Shown here one piece after another: positions 1 through 8,582 of a DNA stretch of 64,000 nucleotides. The DNA comes from Chloroflexota bacterium (GTDB lineage: Bacteria; Chloroflexota; Dehalococcoidia; Lucifugimonadales; UBA3495). Made by a program: the position numbers and the translations under genes. The notes below the pieces were generated by a model. The model made no database searches. It was given only the letters and a program-made list of their open reading frames with translations, and was not told the DNA's origin. The stretch spans positions 4,950 to 68,949 of the forward strand of contig JAQBXL010000001.1 of assembly GCA_027624135.1 (NCBI GenBank). The letters run 5' to 3'. Each line of letters starts with the position of its first letter. The first letter of the stretch is position 1.

Positions 1-234
1 CAGGTCGATGGCGCCGACGCCGGCTAGCATGTTCTTGATGAACCTTTCATGGCCCGGCACGTCCACGATGCTGACTTCCCGGCCGCTGGGCAGCGTCATC
101 CAGGCGAACCCCAAGTCAATCGTCATCTGCCGCGCCTTCTCTTCCGGGAAGCGGTCTGGGTCGATGCCGGTCAGGGCCTGAACCAGGGTGGACTTGCCAT
201 GGTCCACGTGGCCAGCGGTGCCTATAACGTACAT
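1..234 (-). CDS. selB: selenocysteine-specific translation elongation factor SelB, first 78 codons (gene runs off the left edge)
   Basis: Reverse complement from ATG at 234 reads [78 protein letters not shown]. It has GTPase G1 (GHVDHGKS) and G3 (DVPGHE) motifs and the TIDLGFA context typical of a SelB N-terminus. GAGG lies about 11 nt upstream. It is absent from the ORF track because no stop falls in the window. Confidence 0.85.
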   Translation of the reverse strand, partial: MYVIGTAGHVDHGKSTLVQALTGIDPDRFPEEKARQMTIDLGFAWMTLPSGREVSIVDVPGHERFIKNMLAGVGAIDL

Positions 235-305
235 GGAGATCGGCCTCTAACGGGATTGGGTAAAGGATAGCACCCGCAAATAATCTCTGAAATTACCAAT
301 CCTAT

Positions 306-905
306 TCAAAGAGACCTATGAATGTACTCTAAACCTTGAGCAAAATGTGGAATCATTAGACACCCTAGGCTCCCAAGCTGTGACTCGATATCCGGAATGA
401 GAAAATCTCTTGAGTTACGATTAAGGAAACATTTGTCGTCCGTCAACGCGTTATCCAAATGATTGACTACTGCCGTATAAACCAGGGAATCTTGTGGCGA
501 TAAGTCGAGGCTGTTTTGATAGCCTATCGCTGATCGAAGTGTCGCCCCTTCTATCGGCAATACTTCGGCACACCCCAGAATCCGACTAAGCGTCGAGTCC
601 AGTCTGGCTTTTTCATCTTGGCCGCTTGATATGAGAAGTGAGACGATCTCCTGAGATTGCTCGACTATTTGGGAGTATGGCTGGGAACGGGACAATTGCC
701 TGAGCTCAGCGGCTAATTGATTGTTGAGCTCGACTCGATGCCTGGACCGCCTTAAAATAACTTCATACGGCTCAGAAATACTGACTGCTGGTACATACAG
801 ACCGATTTTCCCGGTTTCGGCGAGTTCTAGAATCGAATCACACGACGCTGATTCTTCTTGAGCAAATGCAATTTCAAGAACGAAATTAGATTCGACGTAT
901 ACAAT
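306..905 (-). CDS. PIN-like nuclease domain protein; frame is open 306-956 but has no ATG/GTG/TTG before the conserved N-terminus
   Basis: The track ORF 306-695 continues upstream in frame as ...GSDSIVYVESNFVLEIAFAQEESASCDSILELAETGKIGLYVPAVSISEPY.... This is a PIN-type start (hydrophobic-x-V-[DE]-[ST]-N-F). A later ...CFLNRNSRDF... segment is also present. The only in-frame candidate start near the domain start is ATT (905-903). Possibly decayed. Confidence 0.5.
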   Translation of the reverse strand: MVYVESNFVLEIAFAQEESASCDSILELAETGKIGLYVPAVSISEPYEVILRRSRHRVELNNQLAAELRQLSRSQPYSQIVEQSQEIVSLLISSGQDEKARLDSTLSRILGCAEVLPIEGATLRSAIGYQNSLDLSPQDSLVYTAVVNHLDNALTDDKCFLNRNSRDFLIPDIESQLGSLGCLMIPHFAQGLEYIHRSL

Positions 906-1347
906 CGAATCACTGCCTGGACCTGGACGGCTCCACCTCTGATGGTGGCGTATAAATCAGATTCAATCATCCAATCAAACTCAGGATATTCGTCTTTCGA
1001 AATTTCGGAGTTAATGATATCCCCCAGCCATGTCGACAGCAATAATTCCAAACTAGAGCCGCTAAGCTCAGAAAGCGAATCTTTGTCAAGATATCGAGAT
1101 AATATTTTTTTTGACGGAATCTTGTAATCGAACTCGTCAGAGTCGCCTGAATGACGCGGCTTCCACAAGTAAAAAAATCAGGTAGCGCCAGAAGGAAGTA
1201 CGCTGTAGAAGGAATCCAACCGTGAATCACTAAATTTCTATGTAAAGTTGATGCCCATTCATCGGTGACATCAAATCGTGCCTTGACTTCCACAATCAAT
1301 GCCACATTGTCGTCCGGCGATTTAACTACTAAATCAGCTACAGCCAT
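827..1347 (-). pseudogene. PD-(D/E)XK (HsdR_N-like) nuclease-fold protein split by a -1 frame break at a T7 run
   Basis: ORF 967-1347 starts MAVADLVVKSPDDNVALIVEVKAR (a D...EVK nuclease motif) then ...AYFLLALPDFF. The sensible sequence continues in ORF 827-1168 as (FFY)LWKPRHSGDSDEFDYKIPSKKILSRYLDK.... The junction is the homopolymer at 1171-1177 (A7 on plus, T7 on the coding strand). Confidence 0.5.
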
Positions 1348-1454
1348 CCTTTCGCCTCACTATTATCCGTCACCTTGACTCTAACCTAACCCAATAATGC
1401 CCGCAAGCTGAATACTCTTCGTGAGTTCACCGTGCGATTGCGCGCGGAAGCTTC

Positions 1455-2678
1455 TTACTCCAAGAACCGGGTGAACGCTTGGTTGGCTACCAGGTAGGCC
1501 GACTCGGTCAGCTTCAGGCAGGTGCCGTCCAGTTCCAGAAGCCCTAGTTGGATGCAGTCTTTGATGGGGGTTTGGAACTTCTTGGCTAGGTCGATGCCGG
1601 TTTGGGCGGAAGCGGCCTTCAAGTCCAGGCCGTCTAGCAGCCGCAGACCCAAGAACATGGTCTCGGAGCAGGCGGTTTCCTGGCTTATGTGTTCCCATCC
1701 GCCCAGGGTCGGGATTCCCTGAAGCACGGGTTCGATCAACTCAGCGACCGGTTTTGCACCCGAATCAGCCCAAGTCGCAGCTTTATTGAGGTAATCACGG
1801 GGGGAAAGGACGGTCCAGAACCGGTAGTCGCCCAACCGGGAATGAGCGCCGGGGCCAACGCCCAGATAAGGGCCGTTCTGCCAATAGATCAGATTGTGGT
1901 CACAGGCCCGGTCCGGAAGCGACCAGTTAGATATCTCATAGTGGTGGTACCCGGCCTCCGCCAGTGACTCGCGGGCGTACTGGTACATGTCGGCGGCCAG
2001 GTCTGGGTCTGGCTCGGGAATCTTCCCTTCCTCCGCCCAGCGGTGCATAGGCGTGCCTTCTTCGATGGTCAGGGCATAAAGGGAGATGTGCTCCGGGGCC
2101 AGGTCGATCAGAGAGTCCAGTGTCTGTCGCCATTGGTCCATCGATTGGTTGGGCAGACCGTACATCAGGTCCAAGTTCACGTTGTCGAACCCGGCTTGGC
2201 GGGCGGTCTGGAATGCCGTTATCGCTTCGGAAGCCTGATGCCGCCGACCCAGCAGATTCAGCAGGTCGTTGTCTAGACTTTGCACCCCGATGCTCAGGCG
2301 ATTGACACCCTGGCCCAGGATGCTGGCGCAGGCAGTTGCGTCCAAATCTCCGGGGTTGGCTTCGATCGTTATCTCAGCGCCGGAGTCCACCTGGAACGAT
2401 GTTTGGATAGATGAGAGGAATTGCTCGATGTAGCCCGGGGGCAGGTAGGACGGGGTGCCGCCCCCGAAGAAGACTGACTTGACCGCAGTATGGGCCAAGG
2501 TCTCCCCCCAACATTTGATCTCCGCCATCAATGCCGGAAGAAAGGGGCCGATGAGGTCTTCGATGCCTTGGTAGGCGTTGAAGTCGCAGTAGGGACACTT
2601 GGTCTTGCAGAAAGGCACGTGGACGTAGAGACCCATGCCAGAGGCCGGAACGATCGGGGGGGCGTTACTCGTCGTCAA
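1455..2678 (-). CDS. hemW: radical SAM heme chaperone HemW (HemN-like family)
   Basis: LYVHVPFCKTKCPYCDF (CxxxCxxC), GGGTPS and the HemN C-terminal domain. TTG start at 2678 overlaps the upstream gene end; an alternative ATG lies at 2636. Confidence 0.9.
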   Translation of the reverse strand: MTTSNAPPIVPASGMGLYVHVPFCKTKCPYCDFNAYQGIEDLIGPFLPALMAEIKCWGETLAHTAVKSVFFGGGTPSYLPPGYIEQFLSSIQTSFQVDSGAEITIEANPGDLDATACASILGQGVNRLSIGVQSLDNDLLNLLGRRHQASEAITAFQTARQAGFDNVNLDLMYGLPNQSMDQWRQTLDSLIDLAPEHISLYALTIEEGTPMHRWAEEGKIPEPDPDLAADMYQYARESLAEAGYHHYEISNWSLPDRACDHNLIYWQNGPYLGVGPGAHSRLGDYRFWTVLSPRDYLNKAATWADSGAKPVAELIEPVLQGIPTLGGWEHISQETACSETMFLGLRLLDGLDLKAASAQTGIDLAKKFQTPIKDCIQLGLLELDGTCLKLTESAYLVANQAFTRFLE

Positions 2679-3042
2679 TCAGCCTGCTTGTGCCATCGAC
2701 CACTTTGTCGGGGTCTTTGTCTTCGGGCCGGTCCGACGGCGGGATTCGGTCCATGTGTTCATCCACGATGGCAGGTGGCGCCAACTTGGTCAGAAATAGC
2801 AATGCCAAGCCCATGATGATAAGATCGTCAAACCGTCCGATGCCGTATGGGACTCCCCAGTCTTTTATGAGGTCGAAGGGCAAGACGATGTAGATGACGG
2901 CTAGGGGAACCAGCGCCCGCAGAAAGATGGAAACACGCTTGTCGAAGGTCAGACGCCAAACCAAGCGCCCGAACTTGAAGATCCTGGGGCCTAGACGGGG
3001 GGCTAGGAAGAATAGAAGCGGAAATGCAAGTCTACTAAACAT
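2665..3042 (-). CDS. DUF1232/YkvA-family small membrane protein
   Basis: 125 aa with two hydrophobic segments and IYIVLPFDLIKDWGVPYGIGRFDDL, typical of DUF1232. Confidence 0.7.
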   Translation of the reverse strand: MFSRLAFPLLFFLAPRLGPRIFKFGRLVWRLTFDKRVSIFLRALVPLAVIYIVLPFDLIKDWGVPYGIGRFDDLIIMGLALLFLTKLAPPAIVDEHMDRIPPSDRPEDKDPDKVVDGTSRLIDDE

Positions 3043-3198
3043 GGTGACACTCGAATTCGGTGAATCCTTCCTTGTAAATTATAGGCTAAGGTATGTTAAC
3101 TTGGAACCATTGGATACTACGTTGAGAATGGCACATCCGGCTCTATAGCTTGTGCGTATAGTTAGTCGGCGCCAGTATGTGTAGATGGAGGGGTGAAC

Positions 3199-4599
3199 AT
3201 GCCCAAGGCAAAGCGTCCCCAGACCATTGGAGCTCTCCGCAAAAGCAATTACGAAGTTCTTCCCGTGCGCGAGGAAATGCGCAAGAACCTGATTGCTAAG
3301 ATTCGAGCCGAGGAAATCGTCTTCCCAGGTATTGTCGGATTTGAAAATACCGTCATTCCCCAGATTGAAAATGCCATCCTGGCCGGGCAGGACATCATCC
3401 TGTTGGGCGAACGGGGCCAGGCCAAATCCCGCATCATTCGGAGCATGACCAACCTGTTGGATGAGGCAATACCCAAGATCGCCGAGTGCGAGATCAACGA
3501 CGACCCCTACAAGCCCATCTGCCGAGTTTGCCGCGACAAAGTGGCGGAGTTGGGCGATAAGACGCCGCTGGAATGGATAACCCGGGAAGAACGTTACTCC
3601 GAAAAGCTGGCCACTCCCGATATCTCGATCGCCGACCTCATCGGCGAGATTGACCCCATCAAAGTCGCCGAGGGTCACTATCTGTCCGACGAATTGGCGA
3701 TCCACTACGGACTGGTGCCTCGCACCAACCGTGGCATCTTTTGCATCAACGAGTTGCCCGACTTGGCCGAGCGGATTCAGGTCGGGTTGTTCAACTTGAT
3801 GGAAGAACGAGACGTGCAGATCAAGGGCTACCGCGTGCAGTTGCCCTTGGACGTTTTTGTAGTGTCAACGGCGAACCCCGAAGACTACACCAACCGAGGC
3901 CGCATCGTGACTCCGCTCAAGGACCGGTACGGCTCCCAGATACACACCCACTATCCCCTGAATCCCAAAGATGAGATCGTCATCATGGAACAGGAGCGAG
4001 CTAGATTTCCCGAAGAAGAAAAGATGGTTATCCCCGACTACATGAAGGAGATCGTAGCGGAGATCACCACCCAAGCCCGCCTGAGCAGCGAGATCAACCA
4101 ACGCTCCGGAGTCAGCGTCCGGGTGTCCATCGCCAACTTCGAGACCATGCTTGGCAATGCCGTTCGCCGGGCCATCCGAAGCGGCGAAGAATGGACTTGC
4201 CCCAGAGTCAGCGATCTGTCTTTCATCGTCGCGTCGTTTGCTGGGAAGATCGAGCTTGAGACCTTCGAAGAAGGCCGCGAGTCGCGGGTGACCGACGATC
4301 TGACCCGGCGCGCTGTGTTGCGGATCTTCAGTGGTTACTTTGACGTAGATGAACTGGAGCCGGTGGTAACCGCTTTCGACATGGGGAACCGGGCCGAGAC
4401 CGGCAGCGACCTGTCTGCCGCCGGATACCCGGACCTGGTCAAGAAGATCGACGGCCTGGCCCCGGCGGTCAAGAAACTGACCACGGACAACCGGCCCGAG
4501 GTCATCGCATCGGCGGTGGAATTCATCTTGGAAGGCTTACACCTGAGCCGAAAGCTGAACTGCGACCGCTCCGGCGAGGCCGCAGTCTACAGGCGGTAG
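3199..4599 (+). CDS. AAA+ ATPase, Mg-chelatase ChlI/BchI-like
   Basis: Walker A LLGERGQAKS, Walker B GIFCINELPD, and the VVSTANPEDYTNRGRIVTPLKDRYG sensor region. GGAGGGG lies 5 nt before ATG 3199 (the track starts at GTG 3193). Confidence 0.75.
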   Translation: MPKAKRPQTIGALRKSNYEVLPVREEMRKNLIAKIRAEEIVFPGIVGFENTVIPQIENAILAGQDIILLGERGQAKSRIIRSMTNLLDEAIPKIAECEINDDPYKPICRVCRDKVAELGDKTPLEWITREERYSEKLATPDISIADLIGEIDPIKVAEGHYLSDELAIHYGLVPRTNRGIFCINELPDLAERIQVGLFNLMEERDVQIKGYRVQLPLDVFVVSTANPEDYTNRGRIVTPLKDRYGSQIHTHYPLNPKDEIVIMEQERARFPEEEKMVIPDYMKEIVAEITTQARLSSEINQRSGVSVRVSIANFETMLGNAVRRAIRSGEEWTCPRVSDLSFIVASFAGKIELETFEEGRESRVTDDLTRRAVLRIFSGYFDVDELEPVVTAFDMGNRAETGSDLSAAGYPDLVKKIDGLAPAVKKLTTDNRPEVIASAVEFILEGLHLSRKLNCDRSGEAAVYRR

Positions 4600-4684
4600 T
4601 TCCCGGTCTGCCCAAGCGCATTTCCTAATTAAGAACCACCTGACGGTTCTGCCTTGTCTCCCTCGGCGTCACCAGCGTATAATT

Positions 4685-4698
4685 AGAACATTAGTTCC
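4685..4698. promoter_or_regulatory. LexA-type (Cheo) SOS box AGAACATTAGTTCC overlapping a TATAAT -10 box (4678-4683)
   Basis: GAAC(4686-4689)-ATTA-GTTC(4694-4697), 40 nt upstream of ATG 4737. A nearly identical 14-mer occurs again at 54313-54326. Confidence 0.55.
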
Positions 4699-4736
4699 GT
4701 TAATGCTAATTATACCTGGCACCATAGGGAGGGCCC

Positions 4737-5642
4737 ATGGCAGGCGCTGACGTACAAGAGATTCACTGCAAGACTCTGCTCAATAAGATTGATGTCCCCC
4801 GGTTCCCGTTCCGGTGGACACTGAATCCGTACCGGGGTTGCCGCCATGCCTGCACCTATTGCTATGCCCGGCCGACCCACGAGTTCTGGGGTTTGGACTC
4901 GGGCCGGGACTTTGAGACCAGGGTCTTCGCCAAGATAAACGCTCCCGAAGTGCTCCGGAAAGAACTGCAACGCCCCAGTTGGCGGCGGGAGTCGATCGCC
5001 ATTGGCACCGCTTCAGACCCCTACGAACCGGCGGAAGCCGAATACGAGATAACCAGGCGCATCCTCCACGTGCTGCGCGATTTCCAGAACCCTGCGTCCA
5101 TCACCACCAAGGGTGTCTTGGTGCGCCGCGACGCCGACATCTTGGCGGAACTGAGCCAGGTTGCCGATGTTCACGTCAACTTCAGCATCGGGACCATAAA
5201 CGAGAAGGTGTGGCGCCTGATGGAGCCGGGGACTCCACGCCCGGAAGCTCGGCTGGAGACCATGCAGTTCTTGGTGGAGAGCGGCGTCTCCGCAGGGGTG
5301 ATGATGGCCCCGTTGCTGCCCGGCATCACCGACGACGAAGCGAATATCCAAGCGGTGGTCGAAGCAGCCCACATTCACAAGGCTCAGTACCTGGGGGCCA
5401 ATGTGTTGTTCTTGAAGCCGGGCTCAAAAGAGTGGTTCATGCCCATGCTGCGGGAAGCCTATCCCCACCTGACGCCCGGCTACAACCGCCTATACCGTAA
5501 GACCTACGCGCCGGGAGAGTACACCAAGAGCGTTCTAGATACCGTGGACCGGGTTCGGCGGCAATGGAACCTGCCAGACCGGGCAACGGTTCAAGCGAAT
5601 ATGCAGCAACGAGGCCAGTTGGCGTTGGCTTTCACTGCCTAG
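4737..5642 (+). CDS. radical SAM protein, SplB-like (DNA repair photolyase, COG1533-type) family
   Basis: NPYRGCRHACTYCYA radical SAM cluster motif, ASDPYEP, and family-typical length of 301 aa. RBS GGGAGGG. Confidence 0.8.
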   Translation: MAGADVQEIHCKTLLNKIDVPRFPFRWTLNPYRGCRHACTYCYARPTHEFWGLDSGRDFETRVFAKINAPEVLRKELQRPSWRRESIAIGTASDPYEPAEAEYEITRRILHVLRDFQNPASITTKGVLVRRDADILAELSQVADVHVNFSIGTINEKVWRLMEPGTPRPEARLETMQFLVESGVSAGVMMAPLLPGITDDEANIQAVVEAAHIHKAQYLGANVLFLKPGSKEWFMPMLREAYPHLTPGYNRLYRKTYAPGEYTKSVLDTVDRVRRQWNLPDRATVQANMQQRGQLALAFTA

Positions 5643-5662
5643 TTGCGGGTCTGGCGCCGGAT

Positions 5663-6328
5663 CTAGTAGCGGGAGACGTTGATCTCAACGAGTTTGCCCG
5701 ACACCATGAAGATCACGCGCTCGGCGATGTTGGTGGCACGGTCGGCGATACGTTCCAGGTCGTGGGCGACCCAGAGCAGGTAGGTTGCGCGCTGAATCGT
5801 TTCCGGGTCTTGGATCATGAACAACAGGAGTTCCCGGTAGACCTGGTCATAAAGATCGTCAACCTCGTCATCTGCTTGACAAACCGCGTTGGCTTTCATG
5901 ATGTCCCGATGCAGCAGCGCGTCGATGCTGTCGTTCAGCATGGCAGTGGCCTTTTCGGCCATACGCGGGATATCGATCAGTGGCTTAAGGGTCGGTGCGT
6001 CGCCCATGGAAAGACTGATCTTGGAGATTCCCTCGGCGTAGTCACCCATCCGCTCTAGTTCCACCACTATGTGCAGTAGCGCTATGATGACCCGCAGGTC
6101 ACCAGCCATGGGCTGTTGGGTGGCGATCAAGTCGACACAGCGGTCTTCGATCTCGAATCGTTTCTGATCGATATAGTCGTCATCATTGACGACCTCTTGA
6201 GAGGCGACCAAATCCCGGCGTTTCAGGGCGTCAACCGCGCGGTTGATGGACTTACCCACGATCTGGGCAAGGGTTTGCACTTCCAATTGAAGTTGATTTA
6301 ATCGTAGGTCGAAATCTTCTCTGGGCAT
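5663..6328 (-). CDS. phoU: phosphate signalling/transport regulator PhoU
   Basis: 221 aa, two PhoU repeats (ELERMGDYAEGI and DLERIADRATNIAE). Confidence 0.9.
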   Translation of the reverse strand: MPREDFDLRLNQLQLEVQTLAQIVGKSINRAVDALKRRDLVASQEVVNDDDYIDQKRFEIEDRCVDLIATQQPMAGDLRVIIALLHIVVELERMGDYAEGISKISLSMGDAPTLKPLIDIPRMAEKATAMLNDSIDALLHRDIMKANAVCQADDEVDDLYDQVYRELLLFMIQDPETIQRATYLLWVAHDLERIADRATNIAERVIFMVSGKLVEINVSRY

Positions 6329-6357
6329 GGTGCTCCTCCGGTGCTGGAGGTTCTAAC

Positions 6358-6822
6358 CTAAACCTTCTTCCAAAAAGGCTCTCGTTTTCGCTGTTCGTCC
6401 AGAAGGGACACATCCAGCAACTCTGGCTGCGAACCCGGCGGCGCCAATCTTGGCAAAGAGTATCCGATCAGTTCGAAAACCTCGGGATTAGTGTAATAAC
6501 CATTATAGGTCTGAAGAACCAACTGGTCGAAGAACACGGGGTTGGCGGTTTCGACCGACCTCAATAGTTCATCTTTGGCGGTGTTGGAAAGGGCTTCAAA
6601 CTCTCCGGCTGAACTCTGTCCGGCTGCCACCCCGATCTGCGCCAGTCCATCGTTAAAAATACGGGTCAATCCAGGCGTGGTGGCCGCGGCTTCTTCGATG
6701 GATGCGGCTATTCCCAGGTTTCCAGCGCCGGGCAGTTTGTCCTTAGCGGGAATGATGCGGTTGATCACAGCAGTCAGCAACGAGCGTTGACCCGGCGAAA
6801 AAACCTGCTTATTGTCGCTCAT
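6358..6822 (-). CDS. gluconate 2-dehydrogenase subunit 3-like protein (small subunit type of GMC oxidoreductases)
   Basis: Motifs LLTAVINRIIP, FFDQLVLQTYNGYYTNPEV. No twin-arginine signal and no adjacent GMC flavoprotein. Confidence 0.6.
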   Translation of the reverse strand: MSDNKQVFSPGQRSLLTAVINRIIPAKDKLPGAGNLGIAASIEEAAATTPGLTRIFNDGLAQIGVAAGQSSAGEFEALSNTAKDELLRSVETANPVFFDQLVLQTYNGYYTNPEVFELIGYSLPRLAPPGSQPELLDVSLLDEQRKREPFWKKV

Positions 6823-7095
6823 GTTGGGTTCCTAATGGGAACGGATGACACGCCGTTGATGCGGCAGAAAGGGCGCGTCAGGGTTTGACAAGGATACTCT
6901 CCCGGTTTGAGCATAGTCAATTTCAGGCGTCGCTTGCCCTGTTTAGATACGGTTGAAGGACTAGGGGCGCTGGAGTTAAGATGTACGCGTAAACGAGTTC
7001 GCATTAACCAGAAACGCCAGAAACGTATTAATTTCGATAATAGTCTACGGCCTACCCGGTTCTTCGCCTGGGAACGGCTTTTGACCGGATAATCA

Positions 7096-8400
7096 ATGGT
7101 CCGATATAACCCTTTCTTTTGGTTGCTAAAGGCAGCAATCTATCTTGGCGAACGTTGGTTCCAGATGAACGGAGGCGTGATCCAGTCAGTCTCTGACGGT
7201 CGCCGCGACCAGCGATACTGGCTAGCAACCCGCTACTTCAGTTGGCGCAAGTTCTGGAACTTTATTCGAGTGGAACTTCAGCTCCGGTTCGCCCGGAGAA
7301 TCATCTGGGGGTCCGCCTATGAATGGGAGATTGACACAACCAACATCTGCCAACTGAAATGCCCGCTCTGTCATACCGGCAAGGGGACCATCCACCGTGA
7401 TCAGGGCGTGATGGACTTTGACCTCTTCAAGAGCACGGTCGACCAGATCAAGAACTCGTGCATGTGGCTTACGCTCTATAGCTGGGGCGAGCCCTTCTTG
7501 AACCGGCGCATCCACGAATATATCGAATACGCCCACAAGCAGAAGCTCGCGACAATCATAAGCTCGAATCTGAACAAGCCGCTTACCCCTGAGATCGCCG
7601 AGCAGGTAATCCGGTCGGGACTTGACGTCATGATCGTCTCCCTGGATGGGGTGAGTCAGGAAGTCTATGAGGTCTACCGTGTCGGTGGACATCTAGACCG
7701 GGTGCTCGCTAATCTGCGGCTTCTGGATGCGAAAAAACGGGAGTTGGGCTCGAAGACCCCTTATATCGAGTGGCAATTCATCGTCATGCGCCAGAATGAG
7801 CACCAGATCGAAGAGGCCCGAAGCTTGGCCGTAAGCCTGGGAGTTGACTCGCTGGTCCTCAAGAAAGTGGACTTTCCCCACGGCGAGAACGATCCTGATG
7901 AGGCCGAAAAGTGGCTGCCGCGTCAGCACCCCGAGTACCTGCGCGCCGATCCGTTCTACAAGCCCTATCAGGAGGACGGTGGGGTGTGCTGGAGATTGTG
8001 GCGTACCGCGGTGATCAACTGGGACGGCGGATTTGCGCCGTGCTGCTACCTTACGGACAAGACCCAGGATTTCGGCGACGTTGGTGTATCATCTGTAAAG
8101 TCTATCTGGAACGGAGAGGATTACACCGCCGCCCGGGGGTTGTTCAAGAAAGACTTCGTTCCCCAAAAATGGGTTGGGTGCCTGGACTGCAGCGTTTATT
8201 TGGGAAGCAGCGCCGCCCGCAGTCGTGGTCCGGTGTACCTCCACCCCGAACCGCTTCTGCTTCGGGTTAACGGATTTAAGTCAGCCAACAGCAATGGCGT
8301 GAAGCACGACGATGAAATCCCACAGATCGAAATGGCGTCCGTCTCGCCATTAAAACAAGAGGAATCCCTGGACGAGGCGAAATCAGAAGAGCCAGTTTAG
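7096..8400 (+). CDS. radical SAM/SPASM domain protein
   Basis: IDTTNICQLKCPLCHTG (Cx3Cx2C), SWGEPFLN, SLDG. C-terminal auxiliary-cluster region CWRLWRTAVINWDGGFAPCCY...CLDC. Has an ~80 aa aromatic/basic N-terminal extension. Confidence 0.85.
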   Translation: MVRYNPFFWLLKAAIYLGERWFQMNGGVIQSVSDGRRDQRYWLATRYFSWRKFWNFIRVELQLRFARRIIWGSAYEWEIDTTNICQLKCPLCHTGKGTIHRDQGVMDFDLFKSTVDQIKNSCMWLTLYSWGEPFLNRRIHEYIEYAHKQKLATIISSNLNKPLTPEIAEQVIRSGLDVMIVSLDGVSQEVYEVYRVGGHLDRVLANLRLLDAKKRELGSKTPYIEWQFIVMRQNEHQIEEARSLAVSLGVDSLVLKKVDFPHGENDPDEAEKWLPRQHPEYLRADPFYKPYQEDGGVCWRLWRTAVINWDGGFAPCCYLTDKTQDFGDVGVSSVKSIWNGEDYTAARGLFKKDFVPQKWVGCLDCSVYLGSSAARSRGPVYLHPEPLLLRVNGFKSANSNGVKHDDEIPQIEMASVSPLKQEESLDEAKSEEPV

Positions 8401-8412
8401 CGTTAGACCGCA

Positions 8413-8475
8413 ATGAAACTGGAAATCCAAGACATAATCTGTCAAAATTGTCTTATAGATTGTTCAGGATGTTGA
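8413..8475 (+). other. candidate micro-ORF MKLEIQDIICQNCLIDCSGC (20 aa, 4 Cys) 13 nt after the radical SAM/SPASM stop
   Basis: ATG 8413, TGA 8473. AT-rich with no clear SD. The stop sits in the 5' arm of the hairpin GGATGTT...AACATCC (8467-8499). Could instead be TGT-periodic operator DNA. Confidence 0.25.
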
Positions 8476-8582
8476 ACCTTCGACACCGCTTGAACATCCA
8501 ATGTAAATGAATCACGTTTGGTACGTGGTGTTGATGAGCCACCGGATCTGAACGCTAGCAATCATCGTGAAAGAGCCTGACG

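Noticed and set aside
4632-4650. AGAACC-N7-GGTTCT palindrome after the AAA+ gene, initially considered a LexA site
   Set aside because: The spacing between GAAC and GTTC is 9, not 4. It is more likely a simple stem-loop after the AAA+ stop (no T-run, so not called as a terminator either).
6907-7092. 61-aa basic ORF ending 3 nt before the radical SAM/SPASM start, considered as a precursor peptide
   Set aside because: It has a TTG start with no RBS, and an R/K-rich composition more typical of a random frame in AT-richer DNA, with only two Cys. It is kept only as a remote alternative to the 8413-8475 micro-ORF.
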